Shown here: positions 26,908-37,522 of the stretch, piece after piece
Layout of the letters: each line of letters opens with the position of its first letter
Numbering within the stretch: the first letter of the stretch is position 1
Notes under the pieces: model-generated
Seen by the model: the letters and a program-made list of their open reading frames with translations, nothing else
Database searches by the model: none
Told to the model about the DNA's origin: nothing
Source of the DNA: Haplodiscus bocki
Lineage: Eukaryota
NCBI GenBank assembly: GCA_965655095.1
Contig: OZ296656.1
Location: 71,176,001 to 71,240,000, forward strand
Direction of reading: 5' to 3'
DNA: 64,000 nt
Translations under genes and position numbers: made by a program

Positions 26908-26924
26908 AGCCTAATTGTTGTGAT
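26908..26924 (+). repeat. Junction/target 17-mer AGCCTAATTGTTGTGAT, copy 1 (left array boundary)
   Basis: Exact match; preceded by unique flank TAGTTCGCTTTT. Confidence 0.95.
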
Positions 26925-27161
26925 ACTGCTACAGATAAAGATAGCTGTTTGAGCTTGAATCTTGCTTATCGTGACCATATTGCCTGGAGTCTGATTTTTC
27001 AGGATTTCCGGTTACAGTTTTACCATTTCTTTGTGGTGGAAAACATAATCATTCGAAGCTTTACCTCATTGCCTTTCTTGAATCTTTGAACCCGATTCTT
27101 ACTTACATTGCTTCTCGGCTAGCACTTAGTGCTTCCTCTCTTCATTATTCTGGAACGACCA

Positions 27162-28511
27162 ATGGCCCTGCTTAACACCGCCTCTTCTGATATGATGGTA
27201 AACAACTCTCTGACCACGGATCGACAACGTTACTTAACTCCTGAACAACGTGTTCAATTCTATAACCAAGCACCATCGATGAACAACCAAGAACCACAAC
27301 TGCGCAACCAAGAAGAACCACCTCAACTTACCAATGACTACATCACCCAAGCACTTCAACAACCAAGCTACTCGGGCATCGCCTCTAACAACATTCCGCA
27401 ACCAAGAACCATGAATATTCTTAAACTAAAAATCATCCCTCCCTTCAACAAAGACCACTTCGAAACTAAGACAACGTTTGAGACAGCCTCGAATCAATGC
27501 ATTGCTGCGATTCTTCGGCAATTTCCTGTGCAACTAAGAACGAAACTGACTTTATCCAAGACTTTTACTATGGTTGGCACTAGACGACTACACACTCTTC
27601 ACCTTGTGGCACCGAATGAGGCATCAGAAGTAATTACTCGCCTTCATTCTACTGGGATCGAAATGCTGGGCCGAACTGTGATTCCTCAGAGTGACTCCTT
27701 TGAGCGGTTCATCCCAGGCATTTACCCAAAACACGTCCCAGTACGCATACTTCAACTTCCGGCACTTTGTCAAGACCACGAGATTCAAGCACTCCTAGAC
27801 TTACCCGACTCGACTTCTATTACTTCTGTACGGCACCACACTGACGAAATTGACGGTATGAACTTTTATAATGGGCGTGCTTCTGCGATGATCCGTATCA
27901 CGTCCAAAGAACATGAAGAACAACTTAGACAATGGTCCATTACTACTCACGAACATGGGACTCTCCAATGGCATGATATCCCGATCTACGCCTTCATTCC
28001 TGCACTCCACCAATGTACTCACTGCAAAGACCACCGTCGGCCCTTCCATGGTCATGACATTGCCTGGTGTCGCCATGCGAAGGCCGAAGAGCAACAAAGA
28101 CTGACGAATACTATCACTGACTGTAACCAAGTACCTTCCATTCCACCACTTCCAACGAATAACCAAGCCACAATCTCTGAAACTCATGTTCCTGAAACCA
28201 CTACTCCAACGGGTGATGCAACCAATGTGATGACTGAAACTCCTGACGAAACTACTGACAGCAACCAAGACAACCAAGAAGACACTGAAACTACGAGCGA
28301 CGACGATGATGACTCTCAACCATGGCAGACTGCACCTATCCACTCAACCAAGACTCTATCCGCAACCAAGACTCAATCTGCAACCAAGACTCAATCGCAA
28401 CCATGTCCAACTAACACAACCAAGAGGAAAGCACACAACAAAGCACGACTCTTCGCGACGCAGAATCTGCAGACACCTGCTCCCAAGAAGAAAAAGAAGC
28501 CAACGAAATGA
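27162..28511 (+). CDS. E1 ORF1 nucleic-acid-binding protein
   Basis: First ATG at 27162 (the paralogous ATGGAACGAC start reads CTG here). CTHC-x9-H-x4-C knuckle, acidic/Thr tail, PKKKKK C-terminus. Confidence 0.85.
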   Translation: MALLNTASSDMMVNNSLTTDRQRYLTPEQRVQFYNQAPSMNNQEPQLRNQEEPPQLTNDYITQALQQPSYSGIASNNIPQPRTMNILKLKIIPPFNKDHFETKTTFETASNQCIAAILRQFPVQLRTKLTLSKTFTMVGTRRLHTLHLVAPNEASEVITRLHSTGIEMLGRTVIPQSDSFERFIPGIYPKHVPVRILQLPALCQDHEIQALLDLPDSTSITSVRHHTDEIDGMNFYNGRASAMIRITSKEHEEQLRQWSITTHEHGTLQWHDIPIYAFIPALHQCTHCKDHRRPFHGHDIAWCRHAKAEEQQRLTNTITDCNQVPSIPPLPTNNQATISETHVPETTTPTGDATNVMTETPDETTDSNQDNQEDTETTSDDDDDSQPWQTAPIHSTKTLSATKTQSATKTQSQPCPTNTTKRKAHNKARLFATQNLQTPAPKKKKKPTK

Positions 28512-28538
28512 TTTTAGTCTTTGCCTTTTATTTCTTTT

Positions 28539-31500
28539 ATGATGAATGTTTTTTCCTTAAATTGTCGAGGTCTGAAAGACCATAGACGTCTTCAAACTAT
28601 TGTCAATAACTGCATACGAAAACTTTCAGACCTCGACAATCTTTGCATGTGCTTGCAAGAAACTAAGATTTCTAACCTAAGTAATAACCATCTAAAAATC
28701 CTGGCGCACTATCATCTTTCCTATATTCTATATCCTGCTGATGGTCAATCAGGAGGACTCCTCACGATTTTTCCAAAACATTGTACAGTGCTAGGGACAC
28801 ATAAGTCACCTAACACAATAAGTATCCACTTTTCTCAACATACTTTCACATTAACAAACATCTACATCAAACCGACTGACTACCACCTTCAACAATTTCT
28901 ATCAGACATTCTTGTCATCGAGCAATTTCATTGTGAAACTCACATTCTATGTGGTGATTTCAATGCATTACCATCAGCTGACTGCACTTCCAGCTGCCAC
29001 GTTGCAAATAATGATTTTCGACTTCTTAGATATCATCGTATTCTTGACATCCTTCATAATCTTCAGGTGGTACGAGTGGAACCTCACTCATCAATGGCGA
29101 AATTCACACATTTTGACAAGAGAACTAGCTCTGCTAGTCAGATTGATCACTTCTTTACTAGCCAACCCCACTATGTATATAACACAACAAAAATCTCCTT
29201 TTCCGATCATGCTCTTCTTTCTCTAGAAATTTCGAATGTAATTATGACAAGTTCCAGTTACTGGAAACTTAATGACAATGTATTGGTCCATCATGACTAT
29301 ATCACAAGCATCATTTTCGACACTCTGCACTCCTCTCACAATTCCAATAATTTCAATGTACAACATTATGATCGAGTTAAAACCAAAATGAGAGACCATC
29401 TTCGTGCTTTATGCATCTTCTTGCATAAGCAAGCGCTTCATGAAGAGCGATACTTGAATGCCGAAATTTTAAAGCTTGAACATCAAATCTCCAATAATGA
29501 CGTTGACCCTGTTCTGATTAAACAGTTGTCCACTTTAAACTCGCAACTCATGCACTATCAGGGTATGAAAGCGAAAAAAGACTTTAAACAGATCAAACAC
29601 TATTTTACCGATTGTCATCATGGCGACTCACATTCGGTCAAAAAACTTATTTGCTCGCGTCGGCAAAAATCTAACATTGAGTCTCTTGACTTGCCAGATG
29701 GCTCTACCACATCCGACATTGACAACATCTTCTATGAATTTCATCACCACTTTTCTCAACGATTCACACAACCGATCCATACAACTTCCCAACTCTCTGA
29801 CATTGAAAACCTCTTACAACCTTTTCTTAGCACACATTCGAGCGCAATACAAGCTAACATAGCTCAGAATACTCATAACTCGCAGGTAACAGAACAGGAA
29901 GTGGAAGAGGCAATTAAAAAACTTAACTCAGATAGTGCTCCAGGACTAGATGGTTTAACATCTAATTTTTACAAAGCTCATGCAAACTTTTTTACTCCAT
30001 ACTTAACTAATATTTTTAACTTAATGATTTCACATAACTGGGTTCCTGAATCCTTCACACGAACGGTGATTAAGTTAATACCGAAAAAACCGGTTTCGCG
30101 TACGGTCGAGGACTATCGTCCGATTACCCTTATTAACACCGATCAGAAAATTCTCTCGCATCTTCTCGCTAATCGCCTAAAACGATCCTTGACCACTCTC
30201 ATTGGTCCTCACCAAACTGCGTACCTTCCCCAACGGTCAATTCATTCCTCGCTTACCCACGTCAATTTAAACTTAGAATACCTCACTGAGGAGGATTGTC
30301 TAGTTGCCTGTGACTTCAGTAAAGCTTTTGATAAACTCGACCGAACCTATCTTTTTGCTCTCCTACAGCAAATTGGTCTCCATCCAACCACTCTCGGTCT
30401 CATCCAACTCATGTATCACCATACTGATGCTTTTCTTGATATCAACGGTTCGCTATCTCCAGTTGTTAACATAACTAGTGGTGTCCGTCAAGGATGTCCA
30501 CTTTCCTCACTTCTCTTTATTCTTGGCCTCGAACCGTTCTTATTTCATCTCCAACGTAACACCGCCATCCAATCATCGAGTCCTTTCAAAATCATAGCTT
30601 ATGCCGATGATATTACATGTTGTCTTAAAATCAACAGCCTCCAATATCTCTTCGATACTATCAATATTTTCTCGTCGGTCACTAACCTGTATCTGAATCA
30701 ACAGAAAACTGAGATCTTATGTTCCGGCTCACTCCCAAGTGGCTTCCTATCGGTTCCCGCTGTCAAAATCTTAGGTGTTCAGTTTTCAATAAATAACTCA
30801 GCGATTCAACTGAATTCAGCAATCCTGCAGGCAAACAAATCACGGCTTTTCTGTAATCCATATAATACGTTTCTCGCTCGCGCCAAAAACGTTGAGACTT
30901 TGTTATGCAAAAACTCATTCATCAGGTTCGCCATAAATATGTATTGAAAACACAGCTAGAAAGGATTGACAATATCTTTGTTGATTCAATCTGGTTAGGA
31001 CGTAAACATAATATGAAGAAAACGGTTCTCCAAAAACCGTGGGCCTCCATGGGAATTGGTCTTAAAAATTTTACGCAGGTTATCACTGCGGCCAAAACTA
31101 TTGACTACAAGAACTATTTCTACTCGAATCCTACCAGTAATCAATACCGCCTCTTTCGTAATTCGAAACTTTTTTCTAACATGAGACGCTTACTGCGAAC
31201 CTTCAACTGTACACTCAGTTTAGATAATACCTCTCAAATACTTCTCCGTCGATCATCTCAAGTCCTAGTTCTTACTCCACTGACGCGTATTCGCACGGTA
31301 TATCGGTTTCTTAGCTCCACAAATACGCATGATTCTCTATTGCGTCTAACCCAAATAGCGTCTCGCCTCAATTACCCACCCGATCAGATCTTTATGTTTT
31401 TGCGGCGCTTATGGAAACATAAATCGTATGCAGCGTTTGAGAAAAACTATCTCTATCAATTTTTCATGAACTGCTACATGGATAAAACTGTCAAATTTGC

Positions 31501-31783
31501 ACATGGATGGACAGATACTCCTTTCTGTTGTTTCTGTGGCTCTGCCGACGAAACCTTCCACCATCTTTTATCGGAATGTCCGAATATTCCGCATCTGAAC
31601 TTCTTTCCCACAGTAGGTCATCCGCAACTCAACTTCCACCTTCCCAACGACTTTTATCCTTTTAAACGACTCATTGCTCTCCTTATTTGTTCATGGAGCA
31701 ACGACTCACGCAAATTTGCAAAATACTTCATTAACTGTGTGAAACTCAGGCACCCAACCATAAGTTTAAATACTAATCTTTAA
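28539..31783 (+). pseudogene. E1 ORF2 (APE endonuclease + reverse transcriptase + CCHC), 1-nt frameshift near 30900
   Basis: FSLNCRGL, LQET, GDFN, IDHFF, SDH, WKLN, APGLDG, YRPITLINTDQK, DFSKAFD, GVRQGCPLS, YADD, CCFC..ETFHHLLSEC. GAGACTTTG here versus GAGACTTTTG in E7/E8; could be a sequencing error. Confidence 0.88.
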
Positions 31784-31971
31784 GAATGTTAACCTAAGCT
31801 TTCACCATAACCAAGTTTGAATTGTAACCAAGCCTTGTCTGAATTGTAAATACCTTACTCTTAATATAACTAATTTCTGTAAATAATTTCTGTAACTAAT
31901 CATTTGTGTAACTAATCCTTTGTGTAACCAATCATTTGTATAAAGAAACTTCAATGAATTAATTCTTTAAA

Positions 31972-31988
31972 AGCCTAATTGTTGTGAT
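31972..31988 (+). repeat. Junction 17-mer copy 2
   Basis: Exact; preceded by AATTCTTTAAA. Confidence 0.95.
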
Positions 31989-32142
31989 ATTGCTGTGCGA
32001 TTTTGCTTTCGTCAATTCGAACTAGCTTTTACATCACGGTTTCTGCAGTCATTGCAGCTAAACTCTGTGATTCATCGCCTTTACGTTGAATAACGTTGTT
32101 ATTAAACTTACTGTGTATTGATATTACATAATTCATTACATA

Positions 32143-35100
32143 ATGCCAAATTTTCTCAACCACCCACATGTAACGCAAACTTTCCCGAAATATCCATTCT
32201 CTTCTCAAAACAATGCAATTCAACAAACAACATCAACTCTAAATCATCCCCCAAATAGGGGCTATATTCCTCCAGCGGAAAGACTGAGGCTGGCCGCGTT
32301 AGCGGAAGAAATCAACAATCCAAACCCGCAAAACTTCAACCAAAAAGACTTTCCCAACCTCCAAGCCGAGGGACACGGTCCAAGCCAAATCTGCAGCATT
32401 ACTACACCCTCTACAAAAGACGTCCAAGGCAAATCTGATTCTCCGCATGCATCCGAAATGACAAAGAATTCAACAACACCCAACACAGTAACAGAACAGA
32501 ACAAAGAAGTTGCAGCAAATAACTCTTCAAACCCAAATAACTCTTCAGGCCCCAATACAAGCTCCGCGTCAGCTCCGACTCCTGAGTGTATTCAAAACCC
32601 AAACGGAATCGCCCAAACAGATTCCAATACGAATTGCTACAGATCAGCTCTTGGCGTCCAATCTCTACCAGACATACAAAGGATTCTGAAAATGAAGATT
32701 ATCCCCCCTTTTAGAAAAGAACACTTTGAAAATGCTGCTGTATTAGAACGTGAAATTTCAAGAGCGTACTCAGAAATCCTTTTACCTTTTCATCCAAGAC
32801 ACCGTCCTTACATAACTATCTCAAGAACTTTTGAAAAACGAAACAACAAATCGCTCCATACATTACTAGTGACTGCCCCCCAAGAAGCAGAACAAGATGT
32901 CGAAAACATCAAAATCAATGGGCTCCAAATTATGGGGCGAACGGTTTTCCCAACCGGGGAGGACTTCTACCAAATAAGAACATCACAATATCCAAGGAAA
33001 GTTTGGGTACGAATTACTAATTTACCGTATCTCTGCAATGATGTCTCACTAATGGAAATGCTGAACCTACCAAAGCAAATCCAACCTCTCGGGCCCCTCC
33101 AAAGGGAAACCATAAACACTGAATATGGCCAAATCCACAGTGGCAAGGCAAGAATCCAGGTCTCTGTGCCAGATGCCGAATCCATAAACAAACTGAGAGA
33201 GTGGTCCTTTCTAAAAAACGGCCTTGAAATTACACAATGGTGTGACATCCCCATCTACATGTCTGCACCAAGTCTTCATCAATGCACAGCCTGCAAAACC
33301 GAGGGCAGACTCCACGTCGGTCACGATATTCTGTGGTGCAGAATAAACAGAAACAAAATTGATCAAAATGTTACAACACCACCCCAAACCACTGAAGACG
33401 AATCAACTCCAATTGCCATTGAAGAGGACAATATTGCCAGAACCCCCGAAGACCACAATAACAACGGAACTGATCAACAGCAAGGCCAACATGGAACGTC
33501 AGCAGACATACAAAGTGAGGCGGAAGTAGAGAGTGAAAAAGAAGAAAGCGAACCAGAAGAGGAGCAATGGGTAAACAACACTTCTAAAAACAAAAATAAC
33601 TCTGGTATCAAAAGACCCAACCCCCCTTCTGACACATCAGGCACCCCAAGAAAGACCTCCAACAACAAGTTCCAAATCCTTGGCAACTCTTCAGGCGATG
33701 AGACTCCAAATAACAAAGAAAACAAGAAACAAAAAGATACTCAACACACCCGTGTCCAAAAGAAAAAAAACAAAAAACTGTCGATAATGGTGAGAATGGA
33801 TAAAACCTTTGACTTATTCTCCTTTAATGTTAGAGGTTTAGCCTCTCAAAAGGCCAAACTTATCGAGATCTGCAACCTTACTAAAAAACTAAGTAAAAAC
33901 AAAAAATACTTTGTGTTGCTTCAAGAAACAAAACTCGAAAAAATGAAGGAGGAACTTAATAAAATCTTAGAATATCACAATCTGGAGTATGTTATGACTC
34001 CGGCCTATCAAAACTCAGGAGGTTTACTGATCCTTTTCCCCAAAAACTCAAACATCGAAGTACTTGGCAAGACACGATGTTCATTAGTAGTTTTTGATAA
34101 AGAATCCAAAATCGTCATAATGAATATTTACATAAATCCTAAAGATTATTCCCTAGAAATGCTTAAAGCATCAATAGAAGAGCTAAAATTGACACATGAT
34201 CATCAAATAATAATGGCAGGTGACCTCAACTTTATCAACCCTTCGTATACGTCCTCAAACAACATCAAACCAAAATCGATCATAAAACCAAATGACATAC
34301 GAATATTGAGATATAAAAAATTTGTACCTGTCAAATCCAGCCTTCTACTAATAGACCTAGCTCTTCTATTGCAAAACATAGGCCCCACCCATGTTGACAA
34401 AAGACTTGGGAATCATAGTCGTATCGACTACATTTTTAGCAATATAACGAAATTTTCCGTAGATAGCCATAAACTAGATCTTATACCATTTACCTATTCT
34501 GATCACAAAGGCCTACATTTATATGAACTGAATCACACTGAAATCATCCAGCCTCTATGGAAACTAGACAACAATGTGCTCGAACGATCAGAATCAGTAA
34601 ATGATATTCTCCAACATGCAAAAACTGCTAGTAGCAAATTTGGAAACATTGTGTCTTGCCATGACATTTTCAAAGCCAAAGTGAGAGACTGTCTTAAAAC
34701 TCTCAGTGTGAATATCAAACGCTCTAAAGAAGCCGAAATACTTGATATTCAGAATAGGATCACAAAAATTGAAAAAATTTTGCAAAATGCTCAAAATGTA
34801 ACCCTCCCAGAATCTCGTGAAAAACAGTGGAAAAACCTATCTGAACTGGAGCAAAAACTTCAGAAAATAAAAAATATAGAAAACAACAAAGTTGCTAAGC
34901 AAATCAAAGGATTCTTCCGTGAAGCCAACGAAGGCAACCCAAAAATGATAAAACTTTTGGCAAAAAATATAGCCTTAGATAAAGAAATCAAAAAAATCGA
35001 AAAACAAGATGGCTCCTTAACTGAGGACCCCAATGAGATTATCGATGAATTTTTCAACTTTTATAAAACAGTGAGTCAACCAAAATTTGGACAGTCGGAA

Positions 35101-37092
35101 AACATCTCAAAAACTCAACAAAAATACATTGACCGATTTTTTCGCCAAAAACGTAAAGCCATAAAAGATATACAAAAAAACTTCCCAGAAACAACTGAGT
35201 CAGATACAATAACAGAATTTGAAGTAGAACGTGCTATCGGTAAATTAAATCAAGAAAGCGCGCCAGGCTCAGATGGTCTAACCTCGAGTTTATATGTAGC
35301 CAACAAAACTTTTTTTGTACCCTACCTTACCGATCTGTTTAATGAAATTCATACTAACAAACAAGTTCCTCCTTCATTCAAACATGCTATCATAAAAATT
35401 ATTCCAAAAAAAAATGGCTCAATCAAAGTCTCAGAATTCCGTCCTATCAGTCTCATTAACACGGACCAAAAAATTCTTTCAACTGTGCTTGCAGAAAGAA
35501 TTAAACCTAGGCTGGACATATTGCTAGGATGTCATCAAAACGCCCATCTACCAAACAGGAATATACACATAGCAATACAAAAAATCCAAACCTACGCTCA
35601 CGAAACTTCAGTAAGAGAATCTATCGTAGCCATAGACTTCAGCAAAGCCTTTGATTGCATTGAACGAAGCTATCTAAGAAAGATCATCAACCAATCACCA
35701 TTCGATGGAATCACTAAAAAACTAATTGGCCTCACATACGACAATACATCCGCATTTATTGGCATGAGAATTGGTATATCTGAAAGGTTCAAAGTCGAGA
35801 GAGGCGTCCGTCAAGGATGTCCACTATCAGCGCTGATCTTCAACCTGTGCCTAGAGCCTCTTTTACAACGAATACAAAAAACAAAACACATCAAATCCAA
35901 ACAACAAACAAAATGCATTGCTTATGCGGATGATGTTACTATAAGCCTATATAACAAATCTATTAGAAACCTCCTTTTAATTTTGCACGAATTCTATAAT
36001 GTTGCAGGCTTGGAAGTCAATCTCGCTAAAACTGAGGTGCTCTCAAAAGCACAGAGAATTTTCGGAGCAAATCAGCTAAAACGTGTAGAATCAACAAAAA
36101 TCCTAGGCATCTACATTTCGCTGAAGAAAAGCATTAACTATCAAACAAATCAAATAATCGATAACACAATAACTCACTCAGACAAATACATCCAAAAGAT
36201 GAGTTCTTTAAGAGCTAGAGCAAAAAACATAGAAACCTTCATTCTAACCAAAATAATGTTCCATTGCAGACATCTTATTCTAACGAAAAATTTTCTGAAA
36301 AAAATCAACTCTAAAATAGCTGATATGCTCTGGCTACACAAAAAACACAACGTACATAATGAAACTCTAAATCTACAACTTTCAAAAGGAGGTATCAATC
36401 TAAAAAACACAACAATTTATTACCTAGCAAACAAAATTATGAACCTAAAATTTCTAGCCTTCAACCCAAAAGAGGAACATTTCATCCAAAAGTTCAAATC
36501 TTCTGAAACCTTCAAGAAAATGGCCCTGCATCTAACCAAGCACAACATTTTCCTCAATAATTTTGCCCTAAGCCAACTAAATATCCAATATATGATGCAA
36601 TCACTAGAGCTTACTAAACAAACAACATGGAAAGATGTCTATTTCTTCCTTACGAATGCCACTATACAAGTCCCTCCTTTCAATAGAGTAGGAATTAGTG
36701 CAATAAAACAAAATGTCATGCCGGACATCCTATTTAATACACTTAAGAATCTTTGGAAAAATAAAAATCTCCAAACTTTTGACAAAAACTATCTCTACTG
36801 TTTCATCATGAATTCATATTTGGAAAAACAAGAAAAATGGCTCAAGAACCTAAGTCCCCATCCATTATGCTTCGGATGCGAAACCAAATTTGAAACATGG
36901 GATCACCTAATGTTCGAATGCCCACTAACACAACCAATCAGCAAGGCTCTTAACATAAAGAACTGGAAGGATGTCTGGCTTGACAGATCTTGCCGCTCAC
37001 AAAAATTTCTAGTCTCCCTTCTTTTAGCATCGTGGACCGAAAGTTGTGGTCCATACCTACAATTTTTCTTGGACAGAGTACCGCAGGTCTGA
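32143..37092 (+). CDS. E2 ORF1-ORF2 fusion polyprotein (ORF1 domain, zinc knuckle, APE, RT, CCHC); intact
   Basis: ILKMKIIPPFRKEHF...CTAC-x9-H-x4-C...FSFNVRGL, LQET, GDLN, IDYIF, SDH, DFSKAFD, GVRQGCPLS, YADD, CFGC..ETWDHLMFEC in one frame. Confidence 0.93.
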   Translation: MPNFLNHPHVTQTFPKYPFSSQNNAIQQTTSTLNHPPNRGYIPPAERLRLAALAEEINNPNPQNFNQKDFPNLQAEGHGPSQICSITTPSTKDVQGKSDSPHASEMTKNSTTPNTVTEQNKEVAANNSSNPNNSSGPNTSSASAPTPECIQNPNGIAQTDSNTNCYRSALGVQSLPDIQRILKMKIIPPFRKEHFENAAVLEREISRAYSEILLPFHPRHRPYITISRTFEKRNNKSLHTLLVTAPQEAEQDVENIKINGLQIMGRTVFPTGEDFYQIRTSQYPRKVWVRITNLPYLCNDVSLMEMLNLPKQIQPLGPLQRETINTEYGQIHSGKARIQVSVPDAESINKLREWSFLKNGLEITQWCDIPIYMSAPSLHQCTACKTEGRLHVGHDILWCRINRNKIDQNVTTPPQTTEDESTPIAIEEDNIARTPEDHNNNGTDQQQGQHGTSADIQSEAEVESEKEESEPEEEQWVNNTSKNKNNSGIKRPNPPSDTSGTPRKTSNNKFQILGNSSGDETPNNKENKKQKDTQHTRVQKKKNKKLSIMVRMDKTFDLFSFNVRGLASQKAKLIEICNLTKKLSKNKKYFVLLQETKLEKMKEELNKILEYHNLEYVMTPAYQNSGGLLILFPKNSNIEVLGKTRCSLVVFDKESKIVIMNIYINPKDYSLEMLKASIEELKLTHDHQIIMAGDLNFINPSYTSSNNIKPKSIIKPNDIRILRYKKFVPVKSSLLLIDLALLLQNIGPTHVDKRLGNHSRIDYIFSNITKFSVDSHKLDLIPFTYSDHKGLHLYELNHTEIIQPLWKLDNNVLERSESVNDILQHAKTASSKFGNIVSCHDIFKAKVRDCLKTLSVNIKRSKEAEILDIQNRITKIEKILQNAQNVTLPESREKQWKNLSELEQKLQKIKNIENNKVAKQIKGFFREANEGNPKMIKLLAKNIALDKEIKKIEKQDGSLTEDPNEIIDEFFNFYKTVSQPKFGQSENISKTQQKYIDRFFRQKRKAIKDIQKNFPETTESDTITEFEVERAIGKLNQESAPGSDGLTSSLYVANKTFFVPYLTDLFNEIHTNKQVPPSFKHAIIKIIPKKNGSIKVSEFRPISLINTDQKILSTVLAERIKPRLDILLGCHQNAHLPNRNIHIAIQKIQTYAHETSVRESIVAIDFSKAFDCIERSYLRKIINQSPFDGITKKLIGLTYDNTSAFIGMRIGISERFKVERGVRQGCPLSALIFNLCLEPLLQRIQKTKHIKSKQQTKCIAYADDVTISLYNKSIRNLLLILHEFYNVAGLEVNLAKTEVLSKAQRIFGANQLKRVESTKILGIYISLKKSINYQTNQIIDNTITHSDKYIQKMSSLRARAKNIETFILTKIMFHCRHLILTKNFLKKINSKIADMLWLHKKHNVHNETLNLQLSKGGINLKNTTIYYLANKIMNLKFLAFNPKEEHFIQKFKSSETFKKMALHLTKHNIFLNNFALSQLNIQYMMQSLELTKQTTWKDVYFFLTNATIQVPPFNRVGISAIKQNVMPDILFNTLKNLWKNKNLQTFDKNYLYCFIMNSYLEKQEKWLKNLSPHPLCFGCETKFETWDHLMFECPLTQPISKALNIKNWKDVWLDRSCRSQKFLVSLLLASWTESCGPYLQFFLDRVPQV

Positions 37093-37342
37093 GAAAAAAA
37101 AAGAACAAAAAGGAAATTAAATAAAAAAAAAACAAAACAAAACAAAAAACAAAAAAAAAAACTAACAACAAAATACACTACACTACAACACTCATATACA
37201 TGTTGCGGATCTCAAGTGCTTTTTATATTACTTCTCAGTTTTCATTGTTAAATTTGCTTTTACATTATTTTATGTTTATTTTATTTTATTCTTTATTTAA
37301 CAATTTGTTTACATATATACAAGATATAATACATTTTTGAAA

Positions 37343-37359
37343 AGCCTAATTGTTGTGAT
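37343..37359 (+). repeat. Junction 17-mer copy 3
   Basis: Exact; preceded by CATTTTTGAAA. Confidence 0.95.
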
Positions 37360-37522
37360 AACGCCTTTTGATTGTGATAGCTATTACTCGCTTGAATCCT
37401 TGGCTCGCTATTAATTGGCCGTCTCCTGTTGACTCAGGATTCTTGTCAATTTTCACCACATACTATTGTGGTGAAATTATCATTTGGAAATTGGAATTTA
37501 GTTCGCTTTTAGCTTCACAGGA

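Larger units (their letters stand above)
26908..31971 (+). mobile_element. Unit E1: full-length L1/Tx1-like element, lineage A (~5.06 kb)
   Basis: 5'UTR, ORF1, ORF2 with one frameshift, 3'UTR with TGTAACTAAT repeats. Confidence 0.92.
31972..37342 (+). mobile_element. Unit E2: full-length element, lineage B, single fused ORF (~5.37 kb)
   Basis: One 1649-aa ORF; A-rich tract 37093-37172 then a T-rich 3'UTR up to the next 17-mer. Confidence 0.92.

Noticed and set aside
37093-37172. Poly(A) tail marking the end of E2
   Set aside because: The tract is interrupted and is followed by about 170 nt of T-rich sequence ending in the usual terminus and 17-mer. I treat it as internal 3'UTR, although a tiny separate unit cannot be excluded.
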